From Bacteroidales bacterium (GTDB lineage: Bacteria; Bacteroidota; Bacteroidia; Bacteroidales; UBA1402), in assembly GCA_017468435.1 (NCBI GenBank), contig JAFUIP010000020.1, positions 157 to 64,156 of the forward strand: 64,000 nt of DNA, given 5' to 3'. This document shows, one piece after another, positions 9,122 to 18,439 of the stretch. Position 1 is the stretch's first letter; every line of letters begins with the position of its first letter. The translations under genes were made by a program, and so were the position numbers. The notes beneath the pieces were generated by a model. The model worked only from the letters and a program-made list of their open reading frames with translations, was not told the origin of the DNA and searched no databases.

Positions 9122-9550
9122 ATGGAAGAATTCATACCACATAGAATTGACGAGGAGAACGGCTTCGAGGGCCGTTTGTTGGGCGATGTGAAGGCAGGAT
9201 TTCCATCGCCGGCCGAAGATATGCGCGAAAAGCTCGATTTGATACGCCTGCTGGTGAAGCACAAGGCATCGACTTTCTTTTTCAGGGTGAACGGCGTGTC
9301 TATGGTAGATGCCGCGCTCGACGAGGGCGACATCATCATCGTGGACCGAGCCATAGAGCCATACAATCAGTGCAAAGCGGTTTGCTACATAGACGGCGAA
9401 TACACGGTGAAGCGCGTGGAACTGCACGAGCATGGCGCCCGACTGCTGCCCGCCAACGAAAACAACAAGCAATACAAACCCATAGAAGTGAGCGCCGACA
9501 ACGAGTTCATCATCTGGGGCGTCGTCACATACGTTATTAAGAAGATGTAG
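9122..9550 (+). CDS. umuD: UmuD-like S24 peptidase (Pol V subunit)
   Basis: VKAGFPSPA cleavage site, GVSM catalytic Ser, YTVKR catalytic Lys. ATG 9122 chosen (alternative 9083); the ORF-track start 8813 overlaps cas3 and is unlikely. Confidence 0.9.
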   Translation: MEEFIPHRIDEENGFEGRLLGDVKAGFPSPAEDMREKLDLIRLLVKHKASTFFFRVNGVSMVDAALDEGDIIIVDRAIEPYNQCKAVCYIDGEYTVKRVELHEHGARLLPANENNKQYKPIEVSADNEFIIWGVVTYVIKKM

Positions 9551-9551
9551 C

Positions 9552-10817
9552 ATGTTTGCGCTGGCCGATTGCAATAATTTTTTCGCTTCCTGCGAACGCG
9601 TGTTCCGTCCCGATTTGCAAGGGAAGCCCGTCATCGTCTTGTCCAACAACGACGGATGCACGGTGGCACGCAGCAACGAAGCCAAGGCCTTGGGCATCAA
9701 AATGGGCGATCCTTACTTCAAGATAAGGCATTTGGTAGAGAAACATCAGGTGGCCGTTTTTTCGGGCAACATGGCTCTGTACGGCGATATGTCGCAACGC
9801 GTGCGCTGGGTGTTGGAAAGCTACGCGCCCGCCATCGAGGTGTATTCCATAGACGAGGCTTTTCTCGATTTGCGTGGCATGATGCCCATGGATTTCGACG
9901 CTTACGCCAAAGAGATTTCCAGAGAATGCCGACGCCTGACCAGCATTCCCCTTTCGGTGGGCATTGCGCCTACGAAAACCCTGGCCAAGATAGCTTCGAA
10001 GCTTTGCAAACAGTATCCCAAATTGCAGGGCGGATGTTATATGCACAGGGCTCAGGACATTGAAAAAGTCTTGCGGAAATTTCCTTTGGAAGATGTTTGG
10101 GGCATAGGGCGAAGAACCTTACCCAAGCTTCAGATACAAGGTCTGCGCACCGCTTTCGATTTACAGCAGAAATCTTATCTTTGGATAAAGAATATGCTGG
10201 GAACCAATGGTTTGAAAACCTGGAGAGAACTCAACGGAGAGCCTTGTATTGCCTTTGAAGATGCTTTCGAAGCCAAACAGAGCATTTGTGTGTCGCGAAG
10301 CTTTTCGGGCGAGATTTACGAGGTGGTGGAACTGAGCGAGCAGATTGCCAATTTTGCCGCTTCGGTGGCCGAAAAACTCCGCAGCCAGGGCACGGTGGCC
10401 GAAGAGCTTCTGGTATTTGCCTACACCAATCGTTTCAAGGATGCAGAGGCGCAACACTATGCCAACGAACTCATTCATTTCGAAACGCCCACGGCCACGC
10501 ATCGCGACATTGTCACGAGGGCCACGGCTGCCACTTATCGTATTCATCAGAGAGGATTCGGCTACAAGAAAGCCGGCGTGGTGGCCACCAAAATCAGACC
10601 GGCCTCGCAGGTGATGCATTCGCTCTTCGAAGACAGTGCCGCCTACCAGCGCGAGCAGAAAATGACGGCTGCCATAGATGCCATCAACCGAAACTTCGGA
10701 CGGGGCGCGGTGAAGCTGGCGGCCCAAGGCTCGGGACAGATTCGTTCGGCCAGTGAAAAGCAATCGCCCCACTATACGACATTGTGGAGCGATCTGCCTA
10801 AGGTTTCCGTGAAATAA
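9552..10817 (+). CDS. umuC: UmuC-like Y-family DNA polymerase
   Basis: ADCNNFFASCERVFRP, VLSNNDGC, YSIDEAF, C-terminal SPHYTT.W.DLP tail. Confidence 0.95.
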   Translation: MFALADCNNFFASCERVFRPDLQGKPVIVLSNNDGCTVARSNEAKALGIKMGDPYFKIRHLVEKHQVAVFSGNMALYGDMSQRVRWVLESYAPAIEVYSIDEAFLDLRGMMPMDFDAYAKEISRECRRLTSIPLSVGIAPTKTLAKIASKLCKQYPKLQGGCYMHRAQDIEKVLRKFPLEDVWGIGRRTLPKLQIQGLRTAFDLQQKSYLWIKNMLGTNGLKTWRELNGEPCIAFEDAFEAKQSICVSRSFSGEIYEVVELSEQIANFAASVAEKLRSQGTVAEELLVFAYTNRFKDAEAQHYANELIHFETPTATHRDIVTRATAATYRIHQRGFGYKKAGVVATKIRPASQVMHSLFEDSAAYQREQKMTAAIDAINRNFGRGAVKLAAQGSGQIRSASEKQSPHYTTLWSDLPKVSVK

Positions 10818-10847
10818 AGTGAAATAAGGTGAACCAAGAAGTCTGTC

Positions 10848-11489
10848 TCAGTCTCGGCCAAACATCTTCTGACGAAGTTTTTCTACCTGCTCTACCCTTT
10901 GCAACCAAATGGGATCCTTTCCCCAAACGCCTGCATACCAAGGCTTCGGATTGTCTTTAACCTTCTTGGCCGGACTGCCTGCAAAAATGGCACAGCCCTC
11001 TTCGCATGAAACATTCATCACCGAATTGGCCGCCACGACCACCTGATGACCCAATCGCACTTGTTTGCTCAGCACGGCCCCATGCGCCAAAAAGAAAGCC
11101 TCGCCTATTTCGGATGCCTCGTCCACGATACATGATGCGGGAAACAACATGGCGTAAGGGCCTATCCTATTGCTTTTTCCCACCACGATACTGCCGTAAT
11201 GCGGAAGCCTCAGCCCATAGCCGAAACAATCGCATCCTATGGAATATCCGAGTTTCAAACCCAATTTATAATAGCGGGCTTTGTGCCAGAAATAGCGCAA
11301 TTTGCCTGAAAGCGTTTTCCGATGCGCCGAGTAATACGAAAAATAACGCATATGACGGAGGTAATCCATCACGTGGTCGGGATAGAAAATACGCGCCAAG
11401 CGATGTGCCAAAGGCAAGCGGAAACAGCCTCGGTTCATCATGCTATCGGCCATGCAGTAGAATCGCAATTCTTTTTTATCGGCAATCAT
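10848..11489 (-). CDS. Hexapeptide-repeat (LbH) serine-acetyltransferase-like acyltransferase
   Basis: FGYGLRLPHYGSIVV, VAANSVM, AGSPAKK typical of LbH acetyltransferases. Confidence 0.75.
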   Translation of the reverse strand: MIADKKELRFYCMADSMMNRGCFRLPLAHRLARIFYPDHVMDYLRHMRYFSYYSAHRKTLSGKLRYFWHKARYYKLGLKLGYSIGCDCFGYGLRLPHYGSIVVGKSNRIGPYAMLFPASCIVDEASEIGEAFFLAHGAVLSKQVRLGHQVVVAANSVMNVSCEEGCAIFAGSPAKKVKDNPKPWYAGVWGKDPIWLQRVEQVEKLRQKMFGRD

Positions 11490-11494
11490 GGCAT

Positions 11495-14200
11495 TCAGTT
11501 TTTGATGATTTTCACGCTGTGCATGCGGCCTTCGGTGTCGGTAAGACGCATCACATATACCTGACCCGATTGCAGCTCGTACACCTGACGTCCGTCAAGA
11601 GCGAAGAACTCGCGCTTGGCCACTTCGATATCGTTTTCGCTCCACACTTGGTGGATGGCATCGGGATTGCCCGTCACGGCCACGCTCAGACGTTTTTCGT
11701 GAGTTGAACCATCGCCATCGACCACCTTCAAGCTCAGCACTTCCACACCGCCCTGGTTGCCTGCTTTCACTTGCAGAGAAGCGCCCTCCGTTTGGGTTTG
11801 CACCAAGTTCGTCTCGGCACTGACACTGTATTGCGGGCTTTTGGTAAAACCTTTGAAGCAAGCACTCATATCAAAAACAGCTTCGGCGCCGGGTTCCAAC
11901 ACAAGATAAGGATGAGCCATGAATTCCAAATAAGCTTCGAGCAGAGTCCAGCCGTCGCCATCGGGATCTTCATTATTGTCGGCTTTGTCGGCATCGCTGC
12001 CGGTGAGGTTTTCCCACCAATCGGGCATACCGTCCTGGTCGCTGTCGAAGTCGGCAAAGCGTTTTTCTTCGGGATAAGCTTCCCAGCCACCGGCATCATT
12101 TTCGTGGTCTATTTCTCCCTTGATACCCGAACGAGAGCCTACGTAAGTGTAGGTCTTATTGAGAGTTTCCTGCACCACGCGCAAGTGCTGATCGTCGCGC
12201 ATGGGCATGGTGGCACCGGCTTCGCTCAACACGATTTTGTAAGCATCCTGAGCGCTGTGAATCTTGGCATACGAGGGGAAGAATGGCTTGTCCACCACCG
12301 TGGCATAAGTGGGCATGGTAGCACCGTTGCTCAGCTGCACGTCGTAGGTATCGCCTTTGCGGTCTTGGCTCAGGGAGCCGTTCTTGTTCTCGCGGATATT
12401 GCCGCTGATATAGGCACGCCAGGTACTTTCCGGATGACCCACATTTTCGTATTGTTGAATGAACAATTGCGTACGACGCGTATCGGGACCCATTTTGTAG
12501 TAATTGCCCACAAAGTTCACTTCGTGGCAGTTGCCATCGGTGGTGCGGCCGTTCCAGTTATATACCACGTTGTTGAAGATATCCATCTGGCCTATGGCCC
12601 GGTTTTCTCCGTCCATGCCGCCGCCCATGCTCCAGTTGCGGCCGTTGCAATGCACCAGCAAGTTGTGATGCCACGATCCGATTTTTCCGTCTATGGTGGC
12701 CGCGTAGCCATGGTTGGTGCCGCTGCCGTAATTCTTATGGTCGGCAATGCCCAAGGCTTCTGCAATGAGACTATACTGGAAACTGATATTCTTGGCACCG
12801 CGTCCGGAAACGGTTTCGTCCGTACCCCAGGCAGCTGTGGTATGATCTACGATGGCATGGTTCGAACCCGACATACCCATGGCATTTCCTGTATCGCCGT
12901 AACCATGTTTGAAACGCATGTGACGACAGATGTTATCGGAACCGATATTGATATTGGCGCCCTTGATGCAGATGCCTTTTCCGGGAGCCGTTTGTCCGGC
13001 TATGGTGGTATTGGGTTGCGTAAAGACAGCCTGGAAGCCCATATCGATGATACCCGACACGTCGAAGACGATGGTTTTGGGGCCTTTCACATCCAAAAGT
13101 CCGTAGATGAAAGAACCCGGAATGCGTTCGTTGCTCAGGTTGGTCACATGATACACCACGCCACCGCGTCCGCCCTGCGCATAACGGCCATAGCCCTCGG
13201 CTCCGGGGAAGGCCAGCTGACGAGGCTTGAACTGCCAGATCTTTCCTTTGGTCACAAAGCCTTCGTTATCCACTTCGTCCACACGCCAGAAATAGGTCTT
13301 CATCGAATAGACATCTTGCAAAAGATAGCTGGTATCGCCTTTTTCCAAAACCGCCGTGGGTGACTTCATGCGCGCCACTTTCAAGGAATCTTCGCCCAGG
13401 TACAATTGATGCTGCATCACTTGGTCGTTGGCGGGCGTCCAGCTAAGGAGAAGGCTGCCATTGTCGGCATCCACGTGCATGTCGCCGGCAGCAGGATAAG
13501 GATCCTTGGCTTGCAGGCTAACGTTGTCGGTATTGAGTTCAAAACCATTGCAAAACGGAGGCGCATACATATCGGTCTGATTGCCGTCGGGCTCCACGAT
13601 GTTTTCGGGCGTCGTCAGGAAAGTAATTTCCACTTCCTGGCCGGCTTGTTCTATTTTCAATTCAAAATTCAAGATGCAAGCATTGGCTGCCACGGCTTGT
13701 CCGAAAGAACATTTCACCTTTTCGTAAGCCATCTGGCCGTCCAGAAGCACATTCATGGGCACGGCGTAGAACCTTTCCGGATTCTGCCAACAATTGTGGT
13801 ATGTCTGCAGGTTGTGCGTTCCCACGGGTAGTCCCGACACTTTCAGACTGAAACTGCCAAAAGAAGCCGGGTCTAAGGTGATGCCGTCGTAAGTGAGGCG
13901 GCCGTTCTTCGATTTATTGTCGGCATTCTGGATAGCAGTCTTGTTCCAGTCGGGACGTAATATACTGCCTTCGGATGCGGGCACACTCAAAGTAAAGGTC
14001 ACTCCGTCTATTGTCTTCGAAGCGGAAGAACCTTGCGGCACAATCCAGTTGACAAAACCGGGTTCCTGAATTTCGTCCATATTGCTACGGTTGAAACTCA
14101 AATCCACTTTACATTTGGGCTTGGTCTGTGCCTGCAGACTCATGCTGAAAAACGACAACACAGCCAACACAGCCATCATGCTGCATTTGAATCTTTTCAT
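11495..14200 (-). CDS. Secreted pectate lyase (PL1-like) with probable T9SS C-terminal domain
   Basis: Signal peptide; AFPGAEGYGRYAQGGRGG, TIAGQTAPG, IVDHTTAAWGTDE, DSDQDGMPDWWE; C-terminal FFALDGRQ...VYVM...KIIKN. Confidence 0.85.
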   Translation of the reverse strand: MKRFKCSMMAVLAVLSFFSMSLQAQTKPKCKVDLSFNRSNMDEIQEPGFVNWIVPQGSSASKTIDGVTFTLSVPASEGSILRPDWNKTAIQNADNKSKNGRLTYDGITLDPASFGSFSLKVSGLPVGTHNLQTYHNCWQNPERFYAVPMNVLLDGQMAYEKVKCSFGQAVAANACILNFELKIEQAGQEVEITFLTTPENIVEPDGNQTDMYAPPFCNGFELNTDNVSLQAKDPYPAAGDMHVDADNGSLLLSWTPANDQVMQHQLYLGEDSLKVARMKSPTAVLEKGDTSYLLQDVYSMKTYFWRVDEVDNEGFVTKGKIWQFKPRQLAFPGAEGYGRYAQGGRGGVVYHVTNLSNERIPGSFIYGLLDVKGPKTIVFDVSGIIDMGFQAVFTQPNTTIAGQTAPGKGICIKGANINIGSDNICRHMRFKHGYGDTGNAMGMSGSNHAIVDHTTAAWGTDETVSGRGAKNISFQYSLIAEALGIADHKNYGSGTNHGYAATIDGKIGSWHHNLLVHCNGRNWSMGGGMDGENRAIGQMDIFNNVVYNWNGRTTDGNCHEVNFVGNYYKMGPDTRRTQLFIQQYENVGHPESTWRAYISGNIRENKNGSLSQDRKGDTYDVQLSNGATMPTYATVVDKPFFPSYAKIHSAQDAYKIVLSEAGATMPMRDDQHLRVVQETLNKTYTYVGSRSGIKGEIDHENDAGGWEAYPEEKRFADFDSDQDGMPDWWENLTGSDADKADNNEDPDGDGWTLLEAYLEFMAHPYLVLEPGAEAVFDMSACFKGFTKSPQYSVSAETNLVQTQTEGASLQVKAGNQGGVEVLSLKVVDGDGSTHEKRLSVAVTGNPDAIHQVWSENDIEVAKREFFALDGRQVYELQSGQVYVMRLTDTEGRMHSVKIIKN

Positions 14201-14206
14201 CGAGGA

Positions 14207-15268
14207 TTAATTTTCGGTAGAGAACTGATAAATAATGGTTTGGTCGAATTCTTCGCCGGCGGGAAGTATGCAGTTGGGGAATCCGCTCTGGTTGGGGCTG
14301 TCGGGGAAGAACTCAGGTTCCAGACAGAAGGCACCGCGATATTCCAGGGGCTTACCATCGCAAGAAGGAACCTCGCTTCTCAGGTAATTGCCGCTGTAGA
14401 ACTGCACACCGGGCAGACTGGTCCATACATTCAGACAACATCCCGTCGAGGGTGCTTTTACTTCGACGGCCAGAGCCAGGTCGCCGTATTCTTTCTTGTT
14501 GATGACAAAACAATGGTCGTAACCGCAACCATTCTTCAACTGTTCGTCATCGGCATTGATATCTTGGCCGATGGCTTTGAATTCGGAAAAATCGAAAGCG
14601 CCGCCCTTTACCAAACGGATTTCGCCTGTAGGGATGGCATCGGCATGAATGGGAACAAACTTATCGGCATGAATCTTCATTTCGTGTCCGAGGATATCGC
14701 CTTCGCCTGCCAGGTTGAAATAAGCATGACTGGTAAGGTTGAGCGGCGTATTCTTGTCGCAGACAGCCGAATAATGAATGCTCAGTTCGTTGGTGATAGA
14801 CCAGGCATAACGCACTTGCATTTTCAGATTACCGGGAAAGCCTTCTTCACCATCTTTCGATGTCAGGCTGAATACCACGCTGTCTTCTTCCACTTCGAAA
14901 GCCCAATTCTTGGAATGGTATCCGGTAGGACCGCCATGCAAATGATTCTCGCCATTGTTGCAAGCCAATTGATATTCTTCGCCATCGAGGGTAAAACGAC
15001 CTTTGTTGATGCGGTTGGCATAACGTCCACAGGTGGCGCCCAGATAGGTACCTATTTCCAGGTCGGCCAAATAACCTTCTACCGAGGGAAATCCTTTCAC
15101 CACGCGGGTCATCTTGCCATTCTTGTCGGGAATGATGACGCCCACCAAGGTTGCACCATAAGAAGATATCTCAGCCACTGCGCCTACTTCGTTGGTCAGG
15201 CGGAATAATGTTACTTGAGAGCCGTCCGGCATCTGTCCGAAGGGCAATTGTTCAATGTTCAGACTCAT
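14207..15268 (-). CDS. galM: Aldose 1-epimerase (galactose mutarotase)
   Basis: GRYANRI, NHLHGG, NLTSHAYFNL, GYDHCF, FCLEPE..PDSPN. Confidence 0.93.
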   Translation of the reverse strand: MSLNIEQLPFGQMPDGSQVTLFRLTNEVGAVAEISSYGATLVGVIIPDKNGKMTRVVKGFPSVEGYLADLEIGTYLGATCGRYANRINKGRFTLDGEEYQLACNNGENHLHGGPTGYHSKNWAFEVEEDSVVFSLTSKDGEEGFPGNLKMQVRYAWSITNELSIHYSAVCDKNTPLNLTSHAYFNLAGEGDILGHEMKIHADKFVPIHADAIPTGEIRLVKGGAFDFSEFKAIGQDINADDEQLKNGCGYDHCFVINKKEYGDLALAVEVKAPSTGCCLNVWTSLPGVQFYSGNYLRSEVPSCDGKPLEYRGAFCLEPEFFPDSPNQSGFPNCILPAGEEFDQTIIYQFSTEN

Positions 15269-15275
15269 AATATTT

Positions 15276-16121
15276 TCATTTTTTAAGTGATATTTCTATT
15301 GTCAAACCCTCTTTCCAAGCCTGCGTGCCAAACTCCAACTGACGATAGGTATACACCGGCCAGCCCGTGGGAATATGCATCATCATGGCAGAAGTCTGTT
15401 CAAATGGCAAGATGGTGGAATCGGCCGCATACAAAGTATCGACAGGCACGGTGGCCGTCACCAAGGTGGCTACCCCGTCGCTGTTATCTTCAAGCTTTTT
15501 GTAATGAAGCACATTCATAGGTTCGATATGCTCGTCCCAGGCCATTTTATCGGGAACTTCCAGCACCTCACCTTCGCGATAGGCCAAGCCGTAGGCGCTG
15601 TGAAACTGCACGATGGACGAAAGAATCCATGCCTGCACATCGGCGCGCAAAGCATACAACTTTTCCCGGGCTTCCAATTCTGGCAGGCTGCCATAATGTT
15701 TGAACAAATCGTCTATGCTCTTGTCCAAGGCTTCAGAAAAAGTTTTGGAATCTTGTATTTCCTGCAACACGCCCGCAGGTGAAGCCTTTACCACGATGCG
15801 GAAATCTTTCAGAGAATGCACCCAGCGCGTATTCAGGTAGTGCGGGCCCAGCCATTTGAAATCTGACAAGGCATATTCCAGAAAAAAAGCATTGTACGTG
15901 GAATCTTTCACCATCACATCCATCTGGCAGACAAAAGTTTCCTGCTCAGTGGTATCTTCGCGCTGCAAAGCATAGCTGCTGCATCGGAGTTCGTAGCGTT
16001 GATATTCCTTGTCGAGCCATCGGGCATTGAAAATAACTTCAGACGAGGCCTGCGCCATCAAAGGATGACACAGCCGACTTGCCAAAAGCAACAACACAAT
16101 GACGGACAGGGTTTTTCTCAT
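15276..16121 (-). CDS. Hypothetical exported protein
   Basis: 281 aa with signal peptide, tightly packed between co-oriented genes; no recognised motif. Confidence 0.7.
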   Translation of the reverse strand: MRKTLSVIVLLLLASRLCHPLMAQASSEVIFNARWLDKEYQRYELRCSSYALQREDTTEQETFVCQMDVMVKDSTYNAFFLEYALSDFKWLGPHYLNTRWVHSLKDFRIVVKASPAGVLQEIQDSKTFSEALDKSIDDLFKHYGSLPELEAREKLYALRADVQAWILSSIVQFHSAYGLAYREGEVLEVPDKMAWDEHIEPMNVLHYKKLEDNSDGVATLVTATVPVDTLYAADSTILPFEQTSAMMMHIPTGWPVYTYRQLEFGTQAWKEGLTIEISLKK

Positions 16122-16123
16122 GC

Positions 16124-18340
16124 TTAATCGTTTTCTTCTATCTTGTATTTCAGGGAATCCGACAGAATGGCCAACTGCATTTTATCGAGTCCAAAAATAG
16201 TCAATTCCTGCAAGTCTTTGTCAAAACGTTTATAAAAATCGTCTTTACTCATGGTGGAAACACGGAACGACTTGGCATAAGCCTCCACGGCTTCCTTGAA
16301 CTTCTTTTGCGCAACGCAGAAATGTCCGTAGCAAAGGTAATCGTCCTTGTCGGGATCAGCCTCCATGATCTTGCGGAAAGCCACTGCCGCTTGTTCGTAT
16401 TTTCCCTGCATCAACAGACACCAGGAAATCGGACGCCAGGTCTGCATGGATTCTCCATGAAAAAATTCGTATTTGTAATAAGTGTTGATGGCCGCATCGT
16501 AGTCTTTCATGTGCATCAGGCAAGAGCCCACACTCATCAGATAATCACGGTTTTCGCCATCGAGCGAGAGCAAACGACGATAGAGTTCCAACGCCTGCGC
16601 ATAATCGTCCACTTGCTTGCAGCAATAAGCCCAACGCTTCAGCACCCAAGCCTGGTCGGCACGCATCAAATCGGCATTGCGATAAGCTTGCGCAGCTTTG
16701 TTGAAATGCTTCATCTTCTCCTGACAATAGGCATAAGAACGCTGATACTCAAAGTTGTCGGGATACATATCGATAAGGCGATCATAGAGATAGGCAGCCG
16801 AGGCATACTGATACTTTTTCAGGTACATGGCAGCCAGCATCTGCATGGCAGAACTATCCGTAAAGATGTTTTCCAGCGGCTTCACCGAGAAGAAATCGAG
16901 AGAAGTGTTGAAAACATTGTAAAAATCGGCATGACTGGGAAACAATTTGTAGAAACGATACAAATCGTGAATGTACAAGTTGCTGATTGACTCTTGTTTA
17001 AGCTGTTGATTGCCGTTTTGTTCCATATCCATGAGTTCGCGGAACTGCTCGCTGTCGGCGCCCATGTTGCTCACCATGGAAGCACGGTATTGCTCAGGCA
17101 CTTGGGTCAGGTTCAGGCAAAACGAATATTTGTCGGAATCGCAAAGGAAAGCCGAGCCGGTCACCACCTTCAGCACGCCCAAATCCTTCAAATCGTCCTT
17201 GCCGAAAAGCTCTGTCAGCGCAGGATTTTCTGCATAAAAAGGCACGAACCAATGATGAATATCCTTGAAGAATGGATAAAACTTCAACTGCGAGAATGTG
17301 CTCATATAGACATCTTCGCCCTGGGTCTGCAAATCTGACAGCTGCTGCATGGCACTGCTCATGGCACCGTCCGAAATAATGTCGTCAATATCCGATTTAT
17401 CGAAAGTAATCTTGTCGGAACGCTCGAATTTGTCTTGCAAGCTTTCGCTGAGTTTGTTCATTTCGGGCAAGAGTTCGTCTTGCAACTTTTTGGTAATCTG
17501 CTCGTTGAATTTCTCTCGCAGCAATTGCGCATAAATCATGGGCAAGCGGGAGCGCAAGGCCGGGCCATCGAGCAAGAGCGAGAGCTGAGCCTGCAACGAA
17601 GGACAATGTTTCAGGCGGGCATCGTGCTGCAACAACAACAGCAACAAGGCCGTGAGTGCGCGCATGGACACCTGCGGCTCCTGATTCTGGCAAAGTTCCA
17701 TGAGGAAACTCAGTTTGTGTTCGTCAAACAATTCTTGCAAGGCCAGCAAAAGCGCCGATACCGCCATGGCTTTACCCGGCAAGGTCATCTCTGCGAAAGT
17801 TTTTATATACGATTGTTTTTCAGCGCTATGCCAAGGGGAAGAAAACAAAATGGCCGAGAAATAATCGGCCTCGGCAGCGGCTATGCGTTTCTGCAATTCG
17901 AGTTTGCGGGGCGCGGTGGCAAAATCATTTTTCGATTCGGATAAAAGCGACAATTCGTCTTTGGCATCCGAGAGTATTTTTTCTATGCTTTCCAAATCGG
18001 GCGACACATGCGCATCCATCTTGCGGTAACGCAGTTGGGCATAATACCAACGCGGAGAAAAGGCCTGACACCATTCACGATAAGCCTTGTCGGCAATGCT
18101 CAGCATTTCGCGGCTCATATTGGCCAAGATCTGGTCTTGCTGAGGATCCTGCACACCACTCATGGTGTAATGCAAAAGAAAACGATAATTGGTTTCCTGC
18201 GCATTGAGCCTGTCGAAAAGTTCGCCGGAGGCGCTTTGTTGTATCAGATAATATAGTTGCAGATAGGCATCGCGGAAATGTTTTTCCTCGATCAGGTTGT
18301 AAATGTTACGATGCAATGCCGTTATGTCAGTATGGTTCAT
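16124..18340 (-). CDS. Tetratricopeptide-repeat protein
   Basis: 738 aa; C-terminal TPR-like helical repeats (AYCQEKMKHFNKAAQAY, GSCLMHMKDYDAAINTY). Confidence 0.85.
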   Translation of the reverse strand: MNHTDITALHRNIYNLIEEKHFRDAYLQLYYLIQQSASGELFDRLNAQETNYRFLLHYTMSGVQDPQQDQILANMSREMLSIADKAYREWCQAFSPRWYYAQLRYRKMDAHVSPDLESIEKILSDAKDELSLLSESKNDFATAPRKLELQKRIAAAEADYFSAILFSSPWHSAEKQSYIKTFAEMTLPGKAMAVSALLLALQELFDEHKLSFLMELCQNQEPQVSMRALTALLLLLLQHDARLKHCPSLQAQLSLLLDGPALRSRLPMIYAQLLREKFNEQITKKLQDELLPEMNKLSESLQDKFERSDKITFDKSDIDDIISDGAMSSAMQQLSDLQTQGEDVYMSTFSQLKFYPFFKDIHHWFVPFYAENPALTELFGKDDLKDLGVLKVVTGSAFLCDSDKYSFCLNLTQVPEQYRASMVSNMGADSEQFRELMDMEQNGNQQLKQESISNLYIHDLYRFYKLFPSHADFYNVFNTSLDFFSVKPLENIFTDSSAMQMLAAMYLKKYQYASAAYLYDRLIDMYPDNFEYQRSYAYCQEKMKHFNKAAQAYRNADLMRADQAWVLKRWAYCCKQVDDYAQALELYRRLLSLDGENRDYLMSVGSCLMHMKDYDAAINTYYKYEFFHGESMQTWRPISWCLLMQGKYEQAAVAFRKIMEADPDKDDYLCYGHFCVAQKKFKEAVEAYAKSFRVSTMSKDDFYKRFDKDLQELTIFGLDKMQLAILSDSLKYKIEEND

Positions 18341-18359
18341 ATTTTATGCTTTACAAGCG

Positions 18360-18388
18360 CAAAAATACAAAGATTTTAGGTACTTTTG
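18360..18388. promoter_or_regulatory. Back-to-back divergent -7 promoter elements (TPR operon / lepA)
   Basis: TATTTTTG on minus (18360-18367) and TACTTTTG on plus (18381-18388). Confidence 0.65.
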
Positions 18389-18439
18389 CAGCCTAATTCA
18401 AGTTTAACTATTATTCATCTTTTATTGACCTCTTTTTCA

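Noticed and set aside
11771-13363. Long antisense ORFs (also 14033-15208, 18728-19726, 25122-26357, 41953-43401, 44279-45181)
   Set aside because: All lie opposite well-supported genes and are explained by codon bias; no independent signals.
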